Shown here: one piece after another, positions 14,624 to 20,000 of the stretch
Position numbering within the stretch: position 1 is the stretch's first letter
Layout: every line of letters begins with the position of its first letter
Source of the DNA: an uncultured virus (IMG/VR IMGVR_UViG_3300020120_000303)
Lineage: Duplodnaviria > Heunggongvirae > Uroviricota > Caudoviricetes
Length of the DNA stretch: 20,000 bases
IMG/VR virus record: IMGVR_UViG_3300020120_000303
Strand: one strand, 5' to 3'
Notes under the pieces: generated by a model
What the model was told of the DNA's origin: nothing
What the model saw: only the letters and a program-made list of their open reading frames with translations
The model's database searches: none
Position numbers and translations under genes: made by a program

Positions 14624-14760
14624 GTTTTCCTCAGCCACTCGGCGATGGCGCCGATCAGCAGCACGATGCCGAAGATCACGAACAGCGCCCAGGGCGGCGG
14701 GCCGGGCGGCACGTGGTGGCCTTCGGGCATGGCGAGGCGCCGGTGGTTCATGGCGCTCAT
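14620..14760 (-). CDS. 46-aa single-TM peptide
   Basis: WALFVIFGIVLLIGAIAEW; coupled at both ends. Confidence 0.7.
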   Translation of the reverse strand: MSAMNHRRLAMPEGHHVPPGPPPWALFVIFGIVLLIGAIAEWLRKT

Positions 14761-14987
14761 GGCCCGACCTCTGGCCGTGACACCACCAGCTCGGGGGGCC
14801 CCAGCCGGCCACACATGCGACAGCACACGTATCGCTTCACCTGCTCCTCCGTGAAGCCCGCGCGGATGAGATAGCCGAGCTGCCAGTTGTTGATCGGCGC
14901 GGTGACGTGAAACCCGCCGGCGTTGTTCGAGCAGCCGTTGTCGAAGCGCCGCACCTTGCCGATGGCCCTGCTGGTCGCGCGGTTCAT
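14757..14987 (-). CDS. Hypothetical protein (76 aa)
   Basis: ATG 14987 by coupling; CCRMCG. Confidence 0.7.
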   Translation of the reverse strand: MNRATSRAIGKVRRFDNGCSNNAGGFHVTAPINNWQLGYLIRAGFTEEQVKRYVCCRMCGRLGPPELVVSRPEVGP

Positions 14988-15154
14988 GGTCGAAAGTCCC
15001 GCGGCTCGGCGCCCTTGTCGATCGCGCGATTGAACCGACGCATGAGCGCAACGACGCGACCCGCGGCCACCATCACCGCCACGTTCGCGACGATGCACAC
15101 GAGCACGAGGACGGGGACCAGCAGGTCGGCGATGCCGGAACAGGTCAGCGTCAC
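14984..15154 (-). CDS. 56-aa single-TM protein
   Basis: GGAGGG RBS, GTG 15154; long hydrophobic stretch. Confidence 0.7.
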   Translation of the reverse strand: MTLTCSGIADLLVPVLVLVCIVANVAVMVAAGRVVALMRRFNRAIDKGAEPRDFRP

Positions 15155-15354
15155 GACTTGCCCTCCCGCAGGGGCTCCGCGTGGTTGTAGCAAGACGCCG
15201 AGCAGAACATCCACTCGCCACGACCTGATGAGTATCCCGGCCCGAAGACGCTTTTGAAGCACCAGGAGCAGGGCCGCGAACGCGCGAGGCGGTCGCGCCG
15301 CTCCTGCTGCCGGTGGGTACCTTGAGGCCGCGGGTGTTTCATAGCTGCGCTCAT
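15151..15354 (-). CDS. TRASH/MYM-like zinc-finger protein (67 aa)
   Basis: CSWC...MFCSASC signature. Confidence 0.7.
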   Translation of the reverse strand: MSAAMKHPRPQGTHRQQERRDRLARSRPCSWCFKSVFGPGYSSGRGEWMFCSASCYNHAEPLREGKS

Positions 15355-15548
15355 GACCGGGGCTTTCCGATGACCGCCTCGACGGCGTCCGCCCAGACCT
15401 CAAGGAAATTCTCCGTGGGCCATCCCTCGCCGTCGGAATTGATGGCATCGACCATTCGACGCAGCAGGCGCTGCATGCGCAACAGCAGGACGTAGGATCC
15501 GATCAGCCCGGCCCAGCCGACCGCGGCGATGGCGACGACGAAGCTCAC
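15351..15548 (-). CDS. Membrane-anchored small protein (65 aa)
   Basis: N-terminal hydrophobic helix; GGAGGG RBS. Confidence 0.7.
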   Translation of the reverse strand: MSFVVAIAAVGWAGLIGSYVLLLRMQRLLRRMVDAINSDGEGWPTENFLEVWADAVEAVIGKPRS

Positions 15549-15760
15549 GATTTTCCCTCCCGCATCGACAGGCTGAGCCCGAGCTTGGCCCGCGGGTTGA
15601 GCGCGTTGACGGCCTGGCGCAGGGCCGTCTCGGCCGCCTCAAGCTCGACCATGCCCTGGTGCCGCAGCCGCTTGAACCGCTTGCGGTACTCGGGCTCGAC
15701 GCCGAATTTGGCGGCGCTGCGCAGGCCGCGCGCGAAGTGCTTGAGGTCGCCGGGTTTCAT
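15545..15760 (-). CDS. Basic hypothetical protein (71 aa)
   Basis: ATG 15760 by ATGA coupling. Confidence 0.7.
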   Translation of the reverse strand: MKPGDLKHFARGLRSAAKFGVEPEYRKRFKRLRHQGMVELEAAETALRQAVNALNPRAKLGLSLSMREGKS

Positions 15761-16659
15761 TCTCGTGCCGCCTTTTGGGCCTGGGCCGCGCGTTCTTGCG
15801 CTACGGCAGCCGGGTCTAGGTTGATCCGCTGCCCGCAATGCACGCATGGCCCCCACCAATCGCCGCGATCACAAGCCACCTCTTCCAGGTCCACCTGGTG
15901 GTTATGCGGAGCCGGGATGCGATCTCCTATCCGGTCGACAGTCTGTTCGGAATCGACCTCAGCGAGCCGCCTAGCCGTGGCGCCGTGCCGAAGCTTCCGG
16001 ATGGCTTTCTCCAGAATTTGACGGGTGCGCTCCTTTGACCCGCCTTCGGCGATGGCGACCTCCTCTAGGGTCATTGCCTCGCCGCCACCGAAACCGAATC
16101 GCCGCCTGATAAACCTCCTCTGCCGGGGGCTCAAGATACTCTCGATGACCTCGCCCACTACGTGATTGCGATCATCGTCTTCGAGATGTCGATCAGGCGG
16201 CAAGGCTGCGATCGCTGCCAGATCAGGCGGTAGCATGGAACCCGTCAAAGAGGCCATGCACTCGAGATCGGCGACATCAGCCTCCGTCTCTACGACCGGC
16301 TGGGTGACACGACGGACCGACTCGGGGAATAGTTCTTCGGGCTCGCATTCGTAGAACCTGGCCAGTCGCACGACGGCGCTCGCCCACCGCTGTTTCAGCG
16401 GGTATTCCAGTGCGAACGCGTCGTCCGCATGGCTTCTACAGCGGTACTGGGTCGTGCCGTTAGCCAACGTCTCGCATCCAAGAGCCCGGCAGCGGTGGGC
16501 CGTTACCCTCGCCGGCTGGTGCAGGTTTTCCAAGCCGACGTAAGTGCCATAACCAACACCGGCCTTCGCCGCCGCCTCTTTGGCGCTCAGCCCAAGCCCA
16601 ATCCGGCGGGAGCGCAGCAGATTGTTGCTGACCTTGATCTGGACCCGTAGCTCTTTCAC
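15757..16659 (-). CDS. Transcription factor: N-terminal XRE-type HTH, sigma-70 region 4 and C-terminal zinc ribbon (300 aa)
   Basis: LRSRRIGLGLSAKEAAAKAGVGYGTYVGLEN; LSPRQRRFIRRRFG...MTLEEVA....SKERTRQILEKAIRKLRH; CVHCG. Confidence 0.85.
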   Translation of the reverse strand: MKELRVQIKVSNNLLRSRRIGLGLSAKEAAAKAGVGYGTYVGLENLHQPARVTAHRCRALGCETLANGTTQYRCRSHADDAFALEYPLKQRWASAVVRLARFYECEPEELFPESVRRVTQPVVETEADVADLECMASLTGSMLPPDLAAIAALPPDRHLEDDDRNHVVGEVIESILSPRQRRFIRRRFGFGGGEAMTLEEVAIAEGGSKERTRQILEKAIRKLRHGATARRLAEVDSEQTVDRIGDRIPAPHNHQVDLEEVACDRGDWWGPCVHCGQRINLDPAAVAQERAAQAQKAARE

Positions 16660-16757
16660 GGCACGCCCCAGTCGAAGACCTTCGCCGCCAGGCCCAGGAT
16701 CGCCACGGCCGCCAGCATGAACGTGATTCCCAGCAGGGCGAGGCCTTCGCGGGTCAC
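16656..16757 (-). CDS. 33-aa single-TM peptide
   Basis: MTREGLALLGITFMLAAVAILGLAAKVFDWGVP; GGAG RBS; GTGA overlaps at both ends. Confidence 0.65.
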   Translation of the reverse strand: MTREGLALLGITFMLAAVAILGLAAKVFDWGVP

Positions 16758-16951
16758 GGCGTGGCTCCGAGTTTTGCGGCCAGTTTTTGGATCTGCTCTT
16801 CGACCTCGTCTTCGGGGAAGACCTGGCGCAAAGCGGCCGCGGCTTGGGCGAAGGTCTCGAAGCGTTTCATGTGCGCGCTGTGCTCGGCCAGCGAGCAGGT
16901 GCGTGACACGCCCGCGACGGAACGCAGGTAGATGGCGGCCTCCGGGCTCAC
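16754..16951 (-). CDS. Hypothetical protein (65 aa)
   Basis: GTG 16951 by coupling. Confidence 0.65.
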   Translation of the reverse strand: MSPEAAIYLRSVAGVSRTCSLAEHSAHMKRFETFAQAAAALRQVFPEDEVEEQIQKLAAKLGATP

Positions 16952-17724
16952 GTCCCACCTGGATTCATCCCGCCGCGCATGAGCATGGCCCCCAGCATCT
17001 GCTCGGTGACCCCAGCAGGCAGCTCGCCGCGCGCCAGTTGCTCGAGCTGCTCGGCCGTCAGCTCCGGTGCCTCGGGCTCGGGCGCCAGGGCGCCGTTGCC
17101 CAGCAGGTAGCGCATCGCCATCGGCGCGGTCTGGAAGCACTTGCACCACAGGGCCGTCGCCTGGATGACCGCGCTGCCATCGACGAATGCCTGATCGACC
17201 TCGACCACGTTGCGGTCCTTGTCGAGGCTCCGGACCCGGCGGTAGCGAATGAATGAGGCGGCGCTCACGGCGGCCCGGAGCTTTCGGCCGAGCTCGCCCA
17301 CCAGCTCGGGGGCCATCTCGGCCACCGGCATCCACTTCTTCTGGTACTCGCGCCACCGGGTCGCCTCGGTCTTGCCCGCGTCCTCGGCCGCGGCCCTGTC
17401 GCGTTCCAGCTCCTTTTCCCGGGCGGCGTCGGCCTGCTTGGCGAACAGCCGCCAGCGCTCCTGCAGGGCGGGCCAGTTCTTGGTTGGCCACCCTCGCCGG
17501 ATGGCCGTGTCGGCCATCAGCAGCGACACGCCCGTGCGCCTGGCGAGGTGCTTGGCCACCTGGGCCCCTTCCCGATACGACGCCCACAGGGCCGCGTAGA
17601 CCGCCTCGGGCGGTGGCGTCTCGACCCAGCCCCGACTCGGGGGTGTTACTACTGGCTGGGGCAGATCGTCTATTGGGCGGATTGGGCCAACTGGTTGTTG
17701 ACTCTCATCGCTCTCATCGGACAT
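16948..17724 (-). CDS. HTH-containing helical protein (258 aa), first gene of the leftward operon
   Basis: ATG 17724 preferred; AKHLARRTGVSLLMADTAIRRG HTH-like segment, then coiled coil and C-terminal ELTAEQLEQLA. Confidence 0.75.
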   Translation of the reverse strand: MSDESDESQQPVGPIRPIDDLPQPVVTPPSRGWVETPPPEAVYAALWASYREGAQVAKHLARRTGVSLLMADTAIRRGWPTKNWPALQERWRLFAKQADAAREKELERDRAAAEDAGKTEATRWREYQKKWMPVAEMAPELVGELGRKLRAAVSAASFIRYRRVRSLDKDRNVVEVDQAFVDGSAVIQATALWCKCFQTAPMAMRYLLGNGALAPEPEAPELTAEQLEQLARGELPAGVTEQMLGAMLMRGGMNPGGT

Positions 17725-17901
17725 GCAACCAGCGTTGCCACAGGCACGCGGCCGCCCCAAGGTTTCGGGTCTCGTTTTTCTCGCTGGTTGGGTTGTTGTG
17801 GGGAACCCTGTGGGCACGTGGTGGAGAGCCGGGGGTGGGATAGCGTGCAGGTTCGAAACATGGAACTGAACGCCCTTGCGCAAGTCGTTTAGTTCACGCG
17901 G
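17725..17901. promoter_or_regulatory. Divergent control region
   Basis: Coding strand switches here; contains spaced GTGG repeats and an imperfect inverted repeat (17863-17895). Confidence 0.6.
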
Positions 17902-18159
17902 ATGCCCCTGGGAACAGGCACGGAGGCGCGGCTATCGTGGGCCATGCTTCGTCGCACCTCGTTCCCCAAGCTGCCGCGCGCGCGGGGCCTGCACCTCACG
18001 TGGCTGGCAGACGAGCTGGGCTGCCCGCGGGCGGGCTTTTGGGAGCGGGTGCCCCTGCTGGGCGACTGGCTGCTGCGGCGGCGTATACGGCGCACCCGGC
18101 TCGTCAGGCTGGCCACGGACCGGCCGGTGGGCCGCCTCTTCTCCTGGCTCAGAAAATAG
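17902..18159 (+). CDS. Basic hypothetical protein, possible HTH (85 aa)
   Basis: TWLADELGCPRAGFW is HTH-like; start uncertain. Confidence 0.45.
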   Translation: MPLGTGTEARLSWAMLRRTSFPKLPRARGLHLTWLADELGCPRAGFWERVPLLGDWLLRRRIRRTRLVRLATDRPVGRLFSWLRK

Positions 18160-18237
18160 TCGCGTAGTTTCTTGGGGCCGCCGACATATACCCACCGGCC
18201 TTTACTTCTGACGCGGCACTCGGCTAGAACGCACCGA

Positions 18238-18498
18238 ATGGCTGACAAGCTGACCTGTTACGGCACACCGCCGGGGCAGCCTGGGCCGGTCGAGGGCGTG
18301 ATCGTCGATCGGGCCGCCGACGACGTCGAGGCTGCCCCGCCCAACGCTGGTCCCACGGCGCCGGTCGAGCTGACCCAGTTCGAGATGGGCTTTCTTGACG
18401 GCCTGCTCGACTCCCTCCTTGGGGAATCGGACCACGTCATCGCGCGCGGAATTCGCCTCAAGCTGCGGGCCGCCTCGCTCGCCATGGAGGGGCGCTGA
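18238..18498 (+). CDS. Hypothetical protein (86 aa), possibly leaderless
   Basis: TTTACT-N18-TAGAAC-N7-ATG; TGATG coupling to the next gene. Confidence 0.7.
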   Translation: MADKLTCYGTPPGQPGPVEGVIVDRAADDVEAAPPNAGPTAPVELTQFEMGFLDGLLDSLLGESDHVIARGIRLKLRAASLAMEGR

Positions 18499-19220
18499 TG
18501 GCCCTCATCCGCCGCGACGATCTCCTCCGCAAGGTGAAGATCCGCACCTTCGACTACGCCACCGCGCTCCGCGAGCACGCGGCCAAGCTCGTCGGGGCGT
18601 CCATCACGTGCGGCAAGGGCTGCGCGTACTGCTGCTATTCCAAGGTCTGCATCGACGCCGGCACCGGCATGGTGATCGCGCTCGAGCTGGTGGCGCAGGG
18701 GCGCTGGACGCCCGCGCTGGTGGCGAAGCTGACCGCGGCCGATGCGGCCATGACCCGCACGAACCACCACGACTGGTTCAACTTGCGCCGGCCCTGCGTG
18801 TTCTTGGCCGAGGACGAGTGGGGCAGGGGGCGCTGCACGATCCACGCGGTCCGGCCCTACAGCTGCGTGACCACGTTCTCGGCAAGGCCCGCCATCGAAT
18901 GCAGCGTGGGCAACAACGTCGCGGCCTTCCAGGTCGCTGACGAGCAGATCGTCGAGCACCTCATGCCCTATCACGAGGCGCTGCTCAACGGCGCGGGCGA
19001 GACCCGGACCTGGTTGATGACCATCCCCGGCGCCGTGCTGTACGGCTACTCGCTGGCGGCCAAGGAGCCACCGCCGGCGTCGGTCCTGCGGCTTGACCAG
19101 GACCATGGGCCGCGCGGCGATGCGATGGCGCTGGTCGCATGGTTGGATAAGCACGGGGCCGCCCATGGTGCGCGCCTGGCCGAGAGCGCGGCGCGGGCGC
19201 CGCTGCTGGGCGCACCGTGA
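18498..19220 (+). CDS. CxxCxxCC (YkgJ-type) zinc/iron-chelating domain protein (240 aa)
   Basis: TCGKGCAYCC...PCVFL...RCTIHAVRPYSC; GGAGGGG RBS. Confidence 0.9.
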   Translation: MALIRRDDLLRKVKIRTFDYATALREHAAKLVGASITCGKGCAYCCYSKVCIDAGTGMVIALELVAQGRWTPALVAKLTAADAAMTRTNHHDWFNLRRPCVFLAEDEWGRGRCTIHAVRPYSCVTTFSARPAIECSVGNNVAAFQVADEQIVEHLMPYHEALLNGAGETRTWLMTIPGAVLYGYSLAAKEPPPASVLRLDQDHGPRGDAMALVAWLDKHGAAHGARLAESAARAPLLGAP

Positions 19221-19834
19221 TGCGTCTGCGACAGGCCAAGAAGTTGGTCAAGCACCGGCACCTCCTCCAAGCGTGGGCGCCTGGGCCCGAGCGCGACCGT
19301 CGCGCGATCCGTCGCTTCCTGCGCTGGCCTGGCCGGCCCAGCGCCAACTTTCCCCTCGAAGGCTTGCGTAGCGGTCACTACGTGCTCGACCAGCTGGGCC
19401 GACCCAAGAAATTCACGGGCGACCTCTTGGACTGGAGCCTGATCCACAGCATCGAGCACCGGGTCGACTTGACCGAGCTGGCCGATGGGACCTGCATCAG
19501 CACCGTGTTTCTCGGCATTGACCACAACTTCGGCGACATGTTGCACATGCGGGGCGGCCGACACACGCCCGTCCTGTTCGAGTCCATGGTTCAACTGCCC
19601 GGGGAGAAATGGGACGAGCAGCACCGCTACACCAACCTGCACCAGGCCCGCGTCGGACATGCGCTCCTGATCGCTCGACTCTCATCGCCGACGGTCCCGG
19701 AGACCCACGAGGGCGACCCCAGGTTCTCTCCCCGCATGCAGAAGCTCTATCGACGCCTCGCGGAGCGGTCACGAAAGCAATACCAGCGCCTTGAACGGTT
19801 GCGATTCAATGGCGCCATGAGGGCTGCGGGATGA
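19217..19834 (+). CDS. Phage hypothetical protein (205 aa)
   Basis: ISTVFLGIDHNFG...PVLFESMV...RY, a motif common in phage hypothetical proteins; coupled at both ends. Confidence 0.8.
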   Translation: MMRLRQAKKLVKHRHLLQAWAPGPERDRRAIRRFLRWPGRPSANFPLEGLRSGHYVLDQLGRPKKFTGDLLDWSLIHSIEHRVDLTELADGTCISTVFLGIDHNFGDMLHMRGGRHTPVLFESMVQLPGEKWDEQHRYTNLHQARVGHALLIARLSSPTVPETHEGDPRFSPRMQKLYRRLAERSRKQYQRLERLRFNGAMRAAG

Positions 19835-20000
19835 GCGAGCGCAAGCCGCCCTACAGCGAGAGCGCCGAGCGCGCGGTCCTGGGCGGCATCCTGGCCAAGC
19901 CCACCAACGCGTTCGAGGTGATCCCGGTCCTCGACGGGGACGACCTCTTCCTACCCGTGCACCGCGAGGTCTTCGCCGTCATGTGCGAGCTGATCACCAC
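19831..20000 (+). CDS. dnaB: DnaB-like replicative helicase N-terminal domain (truncated by window edge; not in ORF track)
   Basis: MSERKPPYSESAERAVLGGIL...LDGDDLFLPVHREVFAVMCEL matches the DnaB N-terminal signature; ATGA coupling. The rest of the protein is not visible. Confidence 0.8.
   Translation, partial: MSERKPPYSESAERAVLGGILAKPTNAFEVIPVLDGDDLFLPVHREVFAVMCELIT

Larger units (their letters stand above)
1..20000. mobile_element. Phage/prophage early (accessory and replication) region; both ends lie outside the window
   Basis: Dense, translationally coupled small hypothetical genes, two orphan-type DNA methyltransferases, DUF3850, NDT-like and DnaB-like genes, and no bacterial housekeeping operons. 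Free phage and prophage cannot be distinguished here. Confidence 0.9.

Noticed and set aside
17790..17839. G-quadruplex from five G-tracts
   Set aside because: One loop is too long (about 16 nt) and G runs are common at this GC content.
168..17843. Many long Arg/Ala/Pro/Gly-rich ORFs in the track (e.g. 3118..4089, 9525..10571, 12303..13646 and the 5' parts of 4882..6000 and 8661..9821)
   Set aside because: These are shadow frames expected at high GC. They have no motifs and overlap better-supported coupled genes.
1..20000. CRISPR array, rRNA, IS element or integrase
   Set aside because: No regularly spaced repeats, RNA-gene signatures, transposase or recombinase motifs were seen.

Overview
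High-GC (about 70% by eye) phage or prophage early/replication region. There is no capsid, tail, integrase, RNA gene or CRISPR array. From about 17.7 kb leftward runs a chain of roughly 45 mostly small minus-strand genes, tightly coupled by ATGA/GTGA overlaps and interrupted by one inverted two-gene cassette (5150-6000). Right of about 17.9 kb a plus-strand unit ends in the N-terminus of a DnaB-type helicase. Recognisable products are a HerA/FtsK-like ATPase with tandem C-terminal repeats, a ribbon-helix-helix regulator, a ParB-fused amino-DNA methyltransferase, a DUF3850/ASCH protein, a nucleoside-deoxyribosyltransferase-like protein, a C5-cytosine methyltransferase, a PD-(D/E)xK nuclease, an XRE-HTH plus sigma-70 region 4 protein and a CxxCxxCC (YkgJ-type) protein. 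The main findings are: (1) the C5 methyltransferase is dual-coded, with motif IX in a nested alternative-frame gene that starts with a sliding-clamp-like motif; (2) the second methyltransferase ends in an SSB-tail-like peptide, duplicated 609 bp away as a 16-codon mini-ORF with mainly synonymous divergence; (3) three copies of a palindromic CGTGT-N3-ACACCAT box sit directly in front of the RHH gene and both genes of a divergent pair. All family calls come from motif recognition by eye; no database searches were run.
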